Assembly (NCBI GenBank): GCA_002269645.1
Contig: NIVC01004067.1
Span: 1 to 61,911 of the forward strand
Length of the DNA: 61,911 bases
Source of the DNA: Macrostomum lignano
Taxonomy: Eukaryota
Direction: 5' to 3'
Both the position numbers and the translations under genes were made by a program. The stretch's first letter is position 1. Every line of letters starts with the position of its first letter. The notes beneath the pieces were generated by a model. It worked only from the letters and a program-made list of their open reading frames with translations, was not told the origin of the DNA and ran no database searches. This document shows, one piece after another, positions 49,201 through 61,729 of this stretch.

Positions 49201-49518
49201 TGGATAAATGGTATATATTCCCCATTTATACCAGTGCTAGGGCAATAAATGCTTGAGTGACTTGTTTATTGACCGAGGCGAAGCCGAGCTAGGTCAATAA
49301 GCGAGGCACGAAAGCATTTTTGCCCTAGACACTTGATATTAATGGGGAATATGTGATGTATCCACCACTTGTCCTGGGCGAACGTCTATGGTCTCAGTGT
49401 AAATTTCATTTATTGGCATCGAAAGAGCAGTTGCACAGTGAAATAAACCGTTTATTTGCACCGATGTAAATAAATGAAATTTACACTGAGACCATAGACG
49501 TTCGCCAGGGGCAAGTGG
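49201..49518. repeat. Two abutting long hairpins (49201-49364 and 49365-49518); probable non-autonomous fold-back element
   Basis: Arm pairs include ATATTCCCCATT/AATGGGGAATAT, CTAGGGCAA/TTGCCCTAG and a ~35-bp near-perfect pair GGCGAACGTCTATGGTCTCAGTGTAAATTTCATTTATT. Confidence 0.8.
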
Positions 49519-51669
49519 GGTATACGAGCGTACATGTTAGAATCTGTGGTCTAATGAATCATTTTCGAGTCTATGGTCAAGGTTTGAATTCCAAGAAACA
49601 TATTTAGGGCCGTGTTTCAATATTTTTATGCGTTTTTTACGACATTGTCATGCTTCTGCTCTACATAAATCCATACTTGGTGGTGATATGCACGGCTTGC
49701 TTCTCGAAGAACTGGACTTTCTTTCTTGGTTGGCAAAGGCAGAATAATAGACCAATGGACTGGACTGGATTACCGGTTCTTGGCGTTGGATGCAGCTACA
49801 TGTACGTATACGCTTTGGATTCAGAATTGCACAATTTGCTTGAAGATCTTGCCGATTTCGGACCTGAACTATCGACTGAACAGAAGTAACCGTCTTTTCC
49901 ACCCTCCTGGTACCCATCGTGTCAGAAGCCACAGCAGGAGCCGTGACAGGCGAGCCTTAACAGCTGGTCGGGCCCTTTCACAACTGTTCCTTCAACTTCT
50001 ACTTGAAGTGATAGACAAACTCGTCAAGAAGAGTTAGCTGAATTCAAGTGACAGGAGAGACAGAGGCATGTCTTTTTTAGCACCATTATTATTCAGTGTT
50101 ACCGCAGCTTGTTGCAATCTTCCTGTCGTCCAGTCTTCCAGTCTGCCGACCTTCTGATCTGCGTTCTTTCAGTCTTCCGATCTTCCGGTCCTTCAGTATT
50201 ACCGGATTCTCTGGTCTTCCTGTCTACCACTCCTCCCATCTTCCAGTTTCAGAGTCTTCCCATCTTCCAGTCTTCCGAACTTCTAATCATCCGGCCGTCC
50301 GGTCTTCCAGTCCTCCGATCTTTTGGCTTTTCAGTCTTCCAGTCTTCCGATCTTCCGGTCCTTCAGTATTCGGGATCCTCTGGTCTTCCTGTCTACCCTC
50401 TCTTACCTTCCTGTCTTCCAGTATTGCGATTTTAGTCTTCCAGGATTCCAGTTTTTCTCACTGTTTTCGTCTAATTCTAACAGTCGTTATAAAAAATTCT
50501 TGTTGCCTATGGTCCAATATACTGCTAATACCGAAGATTGAAAATTTTTATAACATTTCTGCCTGGTAAATCGGGTGGGATTTGAGTTTTCGCAAGCTTT
50601 TAAAAAAATGGAATCGGATCAAAATTTAACGTGAAAGGGCGAATAATTCAGGACGGGAAACTAAAATCATGGTGAAAAATGTACGACACTCGTTTCAAAG
50701 CATTACGCTCGTATCTATGGCTAAGCCTTATACAAATCAACATGTTTTATTTTCTCATCATCTGCTTACATAACAGAAAGACTTTCAAACTCGCTGGCTT
50801 TTAAAGACCCGATTATAGGCGTGAGGCTCACCTCTCAAACTCGCAGTACTGAATATATTATTCAAGGCAGTCTATCTTTTAATCAACAAGAACGCATAGG
50901 CACAATGCAAAGCAATGAATTGTTTGAGCGGGGTGGAGCTCACGCAGTTTCTCTCTGTGCCTCTGTTATTCAATCATCAACCCTGCAGGCTGCTGGCTTT
51001 TCTCTCAAACCTCAGCTTCGTTATTGTCATTTGGGCATTGAGGTTGGCTAGTCTAAAGCTGGTCTGTTTGGATAGCTGAGGTCGATACAAGTAGAGGTTG
51101 TTGTTTTTCGTTCCAATGTTCCAGTGCTTTTCCAGTGCTTACACAAATATAAAGCCCTTTGGGGTTTAACCTTTAACTGAACAGAACGCTACACACGCAG
51201 ATGTAAATGAAGCGTCGTTGCGCACGAATGCCTAGAGAATGCAGCGCGTTTATGAGTAGTAAAAAGTCCTTGATCTACACTAAGTTTTTAAACCCCAACG
51301 ACTCAGCCATTCGGATGAGACTGTTTTCAATTGGCGTCTCCATGATAGTAACTCTGTGGGCGGCGTGGCTTATACATTTAATAAAAGGATTGTTGGGTGA
51401 AAATGGTATGTCAAAGCACAATAAGTAGTGAATAATGTGCTTAAATTATCTATACTGCTACAGAATTCCTGCCTGGTTAGTGTACTGGGCCCTCTGTATA
51501 CCTTGACAGAAAACAGCACTGCAGATTGTTTTAGCCGAAACCGGATGATATTGTTTTCATAATTTTTATGGGCGGAAACCTCCGTCAGGTCAAAATTTTT
51601 ATATAAAAAAGCTCTCCGCCAAGGTGGGTCCAGGATTTGCCCGTGAGTATCATCTAACAGTGAGGTGTA

Positions 51670-54600
51670 ATGGGTTGCTACCCAAGCCGATCGACGCCGC
51701 ACAGTTCCAACGGCCTCGAAACTCCGAGAGTTCAGATTGTCATCAATGTTGAAGCACAGAAAGAGCCGATAGGACCAGGATCATTAGGTCGCGAGAATTC
51801 ACCTGTCAACATTTCTTGCTACGTTAATGAAGATCCTCAGAATGAGTATCGACGACAACCGAGCTTCAGTCGGACAATCAAAGGAGGTACGAATTATGAA
51901 AATCATGAGCAGTCGACTCAACAAAACTATGGCGATACTTTCAAGTCTAGAGGTTTGAGAAAAAATAAAGTGCAACCTCTTCCACTGTCAGAAAAGGACT
52001 CTACATGTACAAGCTATTCTAGTGAAGAGGCGTGGAAACAAAAAACCCTCCAACATAAAAATAAACGAAAGCCTTGAAATCAAAACAAAACAAGGTGCGA
52101 CCTGTTGCCGATACGGATCAAGTGCATCCGAGTCCACCGACCACTGATGAAAAGGCTTCAGATTCAGCTACGGATCAAGTGCATCCGAGTCCACCGACCA
52201 CTGATGAAAAGCCCGCTCAATCAGCTACGGATCAAGTGCATCCGAGTCCACCGACCACTGATGAAAAGCCCGCTCAATCAGCTACGGATCAAGTGCATCC
52301 GAGTCCACCGACCACTGATGAAAAGGCTTCAGATTCAGCTACGGATCAAGTGCATCCGAGTCCACCGACCACTGAAGAAAAGGCTTCAGATTCAGCTACG
52401 GATCAAGTGCATCCGAGTCCACCGACCACTGAAGAAAAGCCTCTGATTCAGCTACGGATCAAGTGCATCCGAGTCCGCCGACCACTGAAGAAAAGGCTTC
52501 AGATTCAGCTACGGATCAAGTGCATCCGAGTCCACCGACCACTGATGAAAAGCCCGCTCAATCAGCTACGGATCAAGTGCATCCGAGTCCACCGACCACT
52601 GAAGAAAAGCCCTCTGATTCAGCTACGGATCAAGTGCATCCGAGTCCACCGACCACTGAAGAAAAGCCCTCTGATCAGCTATGGATCAAGTGCATCCGAG
52701 TCCGCCGACCACTGAAGAAAAGCCCTCTGATCCAGCTATGGATCAAGCGCATCCGAGTCCGCCGACCACTGAAGAAAAGCCCTCTAATTCAGCTGAAACG
52801 GATCAGTGCTCGGCCCAGTCAACTGACAAGAAAAAAATGTCGATTGATTTTGAAGCTTCAAATATCGAGTCACATGTTTTTGAAAAGGTAACGCTACGGA
52901 TCATATCTACCCAAATATGTTCTTTGCAAAATTCTCCTCGAACAGACCCAGCATGCCACAAGTGCATGAGTCATTGGCTGCTCACCTGTGCAAGTTGCAA
53001 AAACCGACATCGAAAAAGTTCCTGCTTATAAATGGATTACAAGAAACATTTCGAAGCTTTTTTATTTTATTTGTAATTAAAAAGACAACTTATCGATACT
53101 CCACTGCACAATCAGCAATATAGAATACACCCAAAACAATCAGATACGACGTAAAGTCTCTTTCGGACTTTGAACAGCGTCTTCCCAATGATCCTGAGTC
53201 AGTGCTGAAAAAAGTATGCGCTGAGGGCGACGCACGCTTTGAAAAGCTCGAGTGAGTTAAGATTTCATAACTTTTTACGTAAATATTTCTCAGCGCTTCA
53301 GGCAATGCTACTGAAGATTGCTGATCTGGTTCATTTTCAAATATTTTTAGTCAAAATCCAACCCTTGTAAAATGTTTTTCATTCTAGGCTTATGGGAATC
53401 GAGTGCGAGGTAATAATAGGCTACTCGAAGGGAGACAGCAGCGACTCTGCCAACTTCAAATTAAAAGAGCTCCATGCCTGGAACGCTGTGAAGATAGACA
53501 AGCAATGGAAGTTCATAGAGAGCACCTGGGGTGCAGGGTACGTTGAAAACAACTCAAATTTTATAAGAAATGAGACTGACTTCTTTTTCTTGACCGACCC
53601 GGAAATATTTATTGAGGATCACCTGCCATGTATGGAATCAAACCCTGAAGCTAGCAAGAAATGGCAACTGCTCAACGAGCCAATTGAATTTCTCTCCTTC
53701 ATCGAACGACCAAGTCGAAGAAGAGGCTGCTTCGAGCACAATGTCGAGCTTGTTTCCCACACCAAAAAGGCATCGATTGAAGTGAATGGAGAGGTGACCC
53801 TTAAATTCAGAGGAACGGGCAAGCCACTCACAGTTTTTAAAGCCAAATTCGTAGATCCCAACACAGGAACCAGAATTAGTAGTGGAAAGTACATCGCGAC
53901 TGTTTTAAACCGCGCAACGAACGAAGCCACGGTAACAGCGAGGCCACCGGACTGCGAAAACGAGTATGAGCTGCAGGTATTCGGGACCACCATCGAGAAC
54001 GCCTCGAAAAGTGACTGCCTGGTGTCCTATAAGCTGCGCTCTCTTGCCTTCTCGCGCCGCTCCGACTTTCCAGACTTTGACGGCCACTATGGAATCGATC
54101 AGGATCCGCGGAATTTTGGATATCCAAGTGACTTCTGCTCGAATCAGAAATTTTGGATCCGAGTAGAGAGCAGCGAATACGAGCTCAAGATCCCACTGTC
54201 GATTCGAACTAGTGCATCAGCTACAATTAAATTCGCAGGTGACTCGGAGCCTGATAAGAAGTTGTGTGTGCTTGAGATCACCAACGATTTTCTGACGGTG
54301 CACTTGCGACTCACCCGTGTTGGCTTCTACATCCTCACAGTCTTCTTCAGAGAAGCCGATGCAGATGATTCTGAAAAGCATCTTGCGACTCGCTTTCTCA
54401 TCGAGTGCCCAAAGCTTCGGCGCGACGCTGGAACAAGAGAATTTCCAGATTCAAACGACCACTACGGCTTCATCCACAGTCCTGAAGCGTTCGGCTTTGA
54501 AATACCCAGGGAACAGAAATTCTATATGAAGCCGGAGCAAGGCAAGCACGAAATCGTGTTTCCTTTGTCGCGTCCACTGAAAGGGGCCGCATCAACTCAA

Positions 54601-55842
54601 GTCACATTCAGCACTAGGGGTGAGCCCGCCGAAAAATCGTCTTGCATTCTTCAAGTCACAAGTAAGGCGGTCATCATCAGCTTGCTAATGGAACGCTCCG
54701 GGTTTTACACAGTAGTGCTGTATTGCGACGACTTCGGTTACAAAAAACCTGTGGCACGATTTCTCATCGAATGCACCAATCCACTGCTCAAAACCAGGCG
54801 CCTGCCCACTTCCGGAGAGTATGAGTTCTATGGGATCTACAATGATCCAGAGAGGTTCGGATTTGAAAGTGATTTTAAAGAGACTTCCAGTTTTTGGCTC
54901 AAGCCGGAAGGCGGTCAGTATGAAATGAGATTTCCCATCCAACCTGATTTCGCTCCCAAGGCATCGGTCAAGATGAAGTTTTCAGGCGAGGATGAGCCGG
55001 AAAAACAGTCGTGCGCACTGGAAGTCACCGACAAGTTCGTGTCAATCAGCTTGCTGATGAAGCACGCAGGATTTTATGAGCTGAAGCTGTTCTGCAGCGA
55101 CGACGGTTTCATCAAACCTGTGGCCCGATACTTGCTTGAATGCACAAAGCCGCTGCGTGACCCTTGGAAATTTCCAGAGCTCAAAGAACGCGAGTATTTT
55201 GGTCTGTATTCAAATCCGCAGAGATTTGGCTTTAGCAAAGATTTCGGTACCGACCGCAGGTTTCACATCAAGGCTGAAGCAGGTGAGCACGAGCTCAGGT
55301 TGCCAGTGGCTCGAAGCGTTTTTGCACAAACAAATTTTATGTCAGGGGAAAGCGGCGCCAACAATAACGACATGAGTTTTGTCGAGATCGATGGCGACTT
55401 CATGAGGATTAGCCTGCGAATGTTCGAAGCCGGCTTTCACAAGCTTGAACTATACTGCGAGAAAATCGGCACGAGAAAGGAAAATTCTAGTGGGGGGACC
55501 AGCTATCATACCGAAAGAGTGGCCATCTTTTTAATCGAGTGCTTCAACCCGATGGAGAAGCGGCGTCCGTTTCCTGCTTGGCATCTTGGAGCCACTGACG
55601 AAAGAGTGCTGCTGCTGGAACCGCGTGATGGAGAGCTGCCGAGAAACACGGAGGTTGAGATCAGGCTGGCCTCCCCCAGCCTCAGAAAGGCGACGGTAAA
55701 TGGCACAACTTTTGAAAAGAATGGCGAGCAGTTCAGTGCGAGAGTGAAAACCGGATTTAAAACCGAAGCTGTTAACGTATTCGGATCTTCAAACGTGAAT
55801 GCTGCTTCCCTGCCAGCGGTGTATACCTTCAAGGTGTTGTAA
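51670..55842 (+). CDS. Kyphoscoliosis-peptidase-like (transglutaminase-like) gene; exons about 51670-52887, 52946-53062, 53144-53251, 53388-55842; 5' exons contain indels
   Basis: MGC N-terminus; KTDIEKV.AYKWITRNI, PESVLK..VC, HAWNAV, IESTWGAG, FLTDPEIFIEDHLP, KWQLL; repeated ~115-aa beta-rich C-terminal domains ending RFLIEC. Confidence 0.8.
52114..52805 (+). repeat. 57-bp coding minisatellite (TDQVHPSPPTTDEKASDSA), about 12 copies
   Basis: 19-aa unit; two units are 56 bp and shift the frame (near 52440 and 52675). Confidence 0.93.
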
Positions 55843-56950
55843 CTAGTTCAATCAAGCTGATAAAACGTGACAATAATGTTGAAGATGAGTTATTGCATGG
55901 GATTTAATGTTTATTTAAATTTTTTTAATGTTTATTCAGCTGTATGCAGTAAAAAGAAGTCCATGCAGTACGTGCATGCAGTACACTACTTTTCTTTCGA
56001 ATGGCGAAAATCCTAAAGAAGTCTTGGGTAACTTGGGTAACTTTGTATCTTTATCCTCCTTTATTTATCCGGAAAAGCTTTTCTAACAACCCCTGCGTTC
56101 AAATTCAGTTCGGACTAATTTCTATTAATCCCAGTTTTTACGACTATATTCAGAGATCAAAAGTTATATTTATTCTGAAGCACTAGTTTAACGTTACAGT
56201 ACTTAATCTTCATATCTTGGATTTTTTGTGCCTAACAAAACAAAACAAAACAATTTAAAGTTATCTACCAATTTACTGATGCTGGTACACAACAGAAACC
56301 CAAAAATTGTTTTAAATTTTCTGCGAATATATTCTTTAAATATACTTACTGCCTTATTCCAGAATTACTAAAGAAAATTGTCAGGTTCCTGGGGGACACA
56401 GGACGAATTTGTTTCTTTCTTTAATTCAGTTCGCTAAAAGTTCGTCAAGGTTACTCAACGAGTCCGCATGTGCCCAAAGCCCTCCCTCACACTGACACTC
56501 CCTCACATCGGATAAGTTCAAAACTCAACAGTTCCGTCATTGTGAACACTTGTAAGTTTCTGTCTGTAGAGTTTCAGCTCCAACTGATACTGCTATGCCG
56601 TACTATAAAGACTGAAAGTTGGGATAAATTTGCATTGTCAGCCTTTCCAGTACGGTATACTGTTGCAATATCAGTTGGAGCTGAAACTTTACAGATAAAA
56701 ACCATCGAAAATACCGCCAATATTTAGTAAGCTTTTTAAACACTTTATGACGATTGTAGAATTCCCAAGCTTTACAGTCCCCAACTTCACAATCCCTAAA
56801 CTGAACAATCCCAAACTACATAATTCAAAACTTCGAAGTCCCCAAACTTCAATCCCAAGCTTCAAAATCCTCAAACTTGACAATCCCAAACTTAATCATC
56901 TCCAGACTTAAATCAACGAAGTTCCAAATTTCACAATCCGTGCGTGTTTT

Positions 56951-57659
56951 AACCAAGGACGACTTAAGTAGAAGGACGGGAAACCTCGTTTCTTAGAAAA
57001 TTTTTGAAGGCACTTTTTCCCGAAAAAATACACTACGGAGATAGGAAATTTTCATTTTTTCAGCACAAAAATTGCTATTACTTTTGATAGGAGGCAGATC
57101 CAGTGCTCATCTTTTGATATGTTATGCCTTTTTTATTTCTCTATCGATATTTATAAAGCTTTTCGTTCAGGAAATTAGGATTCTATGTAAATTTTTTATT
57201 TTCCGTATATTTTCACGTGTCTTGTGATTGAAATACATTAGAATGCCACGGCACGGCTCTTTGGTTTTAGAAGTCTACCGTATTTTATCATTCTTACCCG
57301 ACTGTTTAGCAAATATTCGTAACAGAGATGATAAAATAGATTCATAAAAGCAAATATTGGAGCTGTGTCATGCATTTTTGTGATTTTTAAATACAGGAAA
57401 TGTACGTAGAATAAAAAATTTACATAGAATCCAAATTTTCTGAACGAAAAGCTTTATAAATATCGATAGAGAAATAAAAAAGGCATAACATATCAAAAGA
57501 TGAGCACTGGATCTGCCTCCTATCAAAAGTAATAGCAATTTTTGTGCTGAAAAAATGAAAATTTCCTATCTCCGTAGTGTATTTTTTCGGGAAAAAGTGC
57601 CTTCAAAAATTTTCTAAGAAACGAGGTTTCCCGTCCTTCTACTTAAGTCGTCCTTGGTT
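56951..57659. mobile_element. Fold-back/MITE element with ~260-bp terminal inverted repeats
   Basis: AACCAAGGACGACTTAAGTAGAAGG... is mirrored at the right end; arms about 56951-57213 and 57397-57659; TTAA-like context at both ends. Confidence 0.9.
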
Positions 57660-57687
57660 TTAACTCGTGTTTGTTACTGTGTTAGAA

Positions 57688-57793
57688 ACGCAGTTGTCTA
57701 TGGTTTGAATGCATTAAACAACGCGCGGGCTGCGTGAACAAAAAGCAGGTCAGTGTATAAGAGACGCAGTGTCTGGACCATAGACAACTGCGT
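57688..57793. repeat. Small inverted repeat (17-bp arms ACGCAGTTGTCTATGGT)
   Basis: Arms at 57688-57704 and 57777-57793. Confidence 0.7.
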
Positions 57794-58599
57794 CGATTAC
57801 GCTGACCAAAATAAATGAAAGTACGACGTATATTTACTTATTCAAGACGCAAGTAACCAATTTTAGAAACAGAGCAAATTCAACACCGTTTATAGAAAGT
57901 AAAACTCACAATGTAAATCTGTGATTCCGTCAGTCATGTCCCTAGCTACGAAACACACAGTTAAACACATCACAGCATAACTTGAACAAATTCAATCAAA
58001 CGATATGGTGCTGCAGATTCAAGGGCATCGGGTAGCGGTGGGCTACTTACAGCAAGGGCTTTAGACACAATACCGCAACACAACACCAGTGACGGAAAGG
58101 AGTGGATTGAAAACTGTTCAATATTGATTAGGAGTTTTCAAAAATGAACCGGACTTTTGGGGTACACAAACCATAGAGTGTCAGTTTTGAAGCAACTCTG
58201 TCAAAATAGAATCGGACTTTGCAGCCCAACCAGTCAGGCTATTTTAGTTTGTGTGTGTAAAATGATGGAGAAAAATATTTTTTATCAATACTTGTACGAG
58301 TAGATCCCAAAAGCAAGGTCAGAATGAGCTGATTTTGCACACATAAATTCAGCCCCGTTCAGGTTTGCATTGGATTACTTTGTTACCGAATTCTCCCAGG
58401 AGACGTTGACTAAACGTGCATTGTCAAAATTGAACCAGAGTTGGTCAAAATTGAAGCTTGATCTGTCAATATTGATTGCAGATTTTGAGTGCCCGACCAT
58501 AGAGTGTCAATATTGAAGAGGAGTTTGTCAGTTTCGAAGTTCTCCTTGTTCAAAATCGAGGGTAAAATGGTGTATTATCTGCTCCTGTTGGCTGCAGGC

Positions 58600-58991
58600 T
58601 CGATCCGGCGAGTTGGAGCTGCGGCTTCTGTTCTTGTGGACTAAAATTTTTGATCGCCTCTGGGCAGACGATGCAGGAGTTTTGTCTTCCAGAACTGGCT
58701 GGCAACCGTCTTGTGCTCAGCGTACTGATGGTCGAGTCTGGTTTCCACAAGCTTTATTTGTTAAAAAAGTTCAAGTGGGACTTCCTGGCCAACTTCCTCA
58801 TTGAGTACCTGCAGCCGATGAAGCAGCCGGTGCAGTACCCGATCTGCTTCACGGCTGCTCAAACTGAGCACGTGAGGCTGGAGCGGCTGCGAGTTGGCGA
58901 GCTGCCAGCCGACTCGGATGTTCAGATCCGGATGAGCTGCAGGTTGAAAAAGGCTTCAGAGGCCTGTAAAAGCTCTTCAATATGTAGCTGA
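58600..58991 (+). pseudogene. Fragment of a KY-like paralogue (last beta-repeat and C-terminal domain)
   Basis: LSVLMVESGFHKLYL...FLIEYLQPMK...YP...GELPADSDVQIRM aligns with ISLRMFEAGFHKLEL...FLIECFNPME...FP...GELPRNTEVEIRL of 51670-55842. Confidence 0.7.
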
Positions 58992-60317
58992 GAGCCGCAG
59001 GTGCGAGCGTATTTTTTTATTAACCCAACCTTTGCACCGGATTTGATTGCGCTGCAGACGAGCAAATTGAATGAAATATAAAAGTGCGATGCACTTTGGG
59101 GCTGGCTGGGGGTTGGCGTGCGTGCAAGGTCTGGCTTTGTGCGTACCCCTCCCCAGCCGTGCGCCCTGGCCCGTGCTCTGAGTTGGTTGGCTGCGACCCT
59201 CTCAAAAGGCGGGGTTTTGATTGGCTGGCCGGGCCGCGTCTTTTTTCTTGGTGAGCTTAGCCGGTGGGACCGTCTGTCCCCCAGGCCTGTGTCGGTATTG
59301 ATTATCGTGCGCTCTTGTTTTTCCTTCTCGCGCCCGCTTTTCTTTTGCGACGCCACACGACTCACAGCGTCTGAGCAATTCTCCGAGTCAGTTTCAGTTA
59401 AAATTAAACAGGCGAAATACTTAAGTTACCCCGATATCGGGCCAGAAAAGTAAATAGTAGACATCGACTCGAAGCCAAAAGATCAGCAAGTCCAGCACCG
59501 CTCTGAGACCTACGAGCAAGTCCGCCCCTGTTCTGATCAGTTAGCGTCACCGTTCGGTAACTCGGCCACTGATAAGCCGCCTGCTTTGAGTTACTCATTC
59601 TTTTCTGGATGCCTGTTAGGCTACAGTAACTTCTTGCCAGAGCGTCATAACGCCAGGGAGAGCATATACCAGACCTTTACAACGCGAGTTTTGAGCGTCA
59701 TCACGCCAAAACGAGTAACTTCGTACACAGAGCGTCGTGACGCCTGTTAGCAGTTATATCACATTGGCAGAGTGTCACAACGCCCGCTGGTACCACCTTA
59801 TAGTACGAGTACTTGGGCTGGGCACTCGAACCGACCCAAGTCACTGCACTAGACATAATTAACATGTTGTCTATTAGTAGACATTATAATATTTTTACGA
59901 TTGCATACTTTGGTCCAAAAAGGTATTGCCCGCATCTGCTTGCTGGCCAGCTCAAACTCCGATCTGACTCCAAGTTAGCGAGATAGCGCTGAAAGTATAA
60001 TTCTATTCATTAATTAAACTCCAAGCCATATTTTTACGAGCATAGCTTACCTATGCTCCAAGCGTGATAATGCAGGCCGGCCTTGCTCCAGTACATTGGG
60101 CTGGTAACCATGCAGCTATCAGTTAGCACAAGTTGAATAAGTGGATAGCTAACCTAAAGTTTTTGGCCAACCTTATCTACCGTCTGAATTATTTCTCAAT
60201 ACTACTCTCTCTCTTCGGTTCCACTTGAAAAGGCTTCAATAGTTGCAGTTCTGGCTCTGCAGTGTTGCTGCATGGTGCCAGTTACCCTCTGGAGCAGAGT
60301 GCTCACTCGTTTGCACC

Positions 60318-61729
60318 ATGGGCTGCGGTGCCAGTGCGGCCCAGCCGCCTCCTTCGGTAAGTAAATCGTACACCTCAGTAGCCTAAGTCGCGAGCTCGAT
60401 CAAGTTCTGTCGAGTCGAAGGTGCGCGGGTGATTAGCATCGGTGTTTGAAAGTGCCCACAGGAGCTGAGAGTCGCAGGAGCTGAGAGTCACAAGAGCTGA
60501 GAGTCACACGAGCTGAGAGTCACGGAGCTGAGAGTCACAAGAGCTGAGAGTCACACGAGCTGAGAGTCACACGAGCTGAGGTGAGAGTCACAGGAGCTGA
60601 GAGTCACAGGAGCTGAGAGTCACAGGAGCTGAGAGTCACAAGAGCTGAGAGTCAAGGGAGCTGAGAGTCACAGGAGCTGAGAGTCAAGGGAGCTGAGAGT
60701 CACAGGAGCTGAGAGTCACGGGAGCTGAGAGTCACGGGAGCTGAGAGTCACAAGAGCTGAGAGTCACAGGAGCTGAGAGTCACAGGAGCTGAGAGTCACG
60801 GGAGCTGAGAGTCACAAGAGCTGAGAGTCACAGGAGCTGAGAGTCACAGGAGCTGAGAGTCACGGGAGCTGAGAGTCACAAGAGCTGAGAGTCACACGAG
60901 CTGAGGTTGAGAGTCACAGGAGCTGAGAGTCACAGGAGCTGAGAGTCACAGGAGCTGAGAGTCACAGGAGCTGAGGTCGCAAGAGCTGAGAGTCACAAGA
61001 GCTGAGAGTCACAGGAGCTGAGAGTCACAGGAGCTAGTGAAACAGTAAAGCTTTCACTTCTCCTTCATTTAATAAGCTCGGGCCTCTTGTGCCGATCGGG
61101 GATCAGCCGGACCTGCGCTCGCTCGACGCATCGACGAGCACATCAAGCTGGTGAGTATTAGCTCACTCTCAACCCACCGTGATTAGATCACTCTCTGTAA
61201 ACCGTGATTAGATCACTCTCTGTCCACCGTGGTTAGATCACTCTCAACCCACCGTGGTTAGATCACTCTCAACCCACTGTGGTTAGATCACTCTCAACCC
61301 ACCGTGGTTAGATCACTCACAACCCACCGTGGTTAGATCACTATCTGTCCACCGTGGTTAGATCACTCTCTGTCCACCGTGGTTAGATCACTCTCAACCC
61401 ACTGTGGTTAGATCACTCTCAACCCACCGTGGTTAGATTACTCTCAACCACCGTGGTTAGATCACTCTCAACCCACTGTGGTTAGATCACTCTCAACCCA
61501 CTGTAGTTAGATCACTCTCAACCCACTGTGGTTAGATCACTCTCAACCCACCGTGGCTAATCATTAGAAACCCACCGCTAAATCTTAAAGAACCAGCCCG
61601 AACAACCCCGCAGGCTCCACCGGAAGCCGCGCAGACGCTGCAATCGCTGGCTGCCTACATAGAGTCCGCTGCCAGCACCGATATGGAGAAGGTTCGCGCA
61701 GTTTACATGTGGATCACCGGAAACATTAC
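60318..61729 (+). CDS. 5' part of another KY-like paralogue; exons 60318-60356, about 61077-61150, 61614-61729; continues beyond the window
   Basis: MGCGASAAQPPPS|GTAAGT; ..IDEHIKL|GTGAGT (needs one extra base); APPEAAQTLQSLAAYIESAASTDMEKVRAVYMWITGNI|GTGAGG. Intron phases match gene 51670-55842. Confidence 0.75.
60457..61036. repeat. 16-bp intronic tandem repeat (CAGGAGCTGAGAGTCA), about 36 copies
   Basis: Read directly from the sequence. Confidence 0.96.
61163..61558. repeat. 25-bp intronic tandem repeat (ACCGTGGTTAGATCACTCTCAACCC), about 16 copies
   Basis: Read directly from the sequence. Confidence 0.95.

Noticed and set aside
50095-50460. Ser/Leu/Pro-rich ORFs
   Set aside because: Degenerate CAGTCTTCC-type pyrimidine repeat explains the open frames.
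52141-52800. Repeated CTGATGA/CTGAAGA resembling hammerhead cores
   Set aside because: No stem II-GAAA-UH arrangement follows; they are Thr-Asp/Glu-Glu codons of the coding minisatellite.
57753-57765. GTGTATAAGAGAC, 13 nt identical to part of the Tn5/Nextera mosaic end
   Set aside because: Partial match with non-matching flanks, inside a natural inverted repeat; chance is sufficient.
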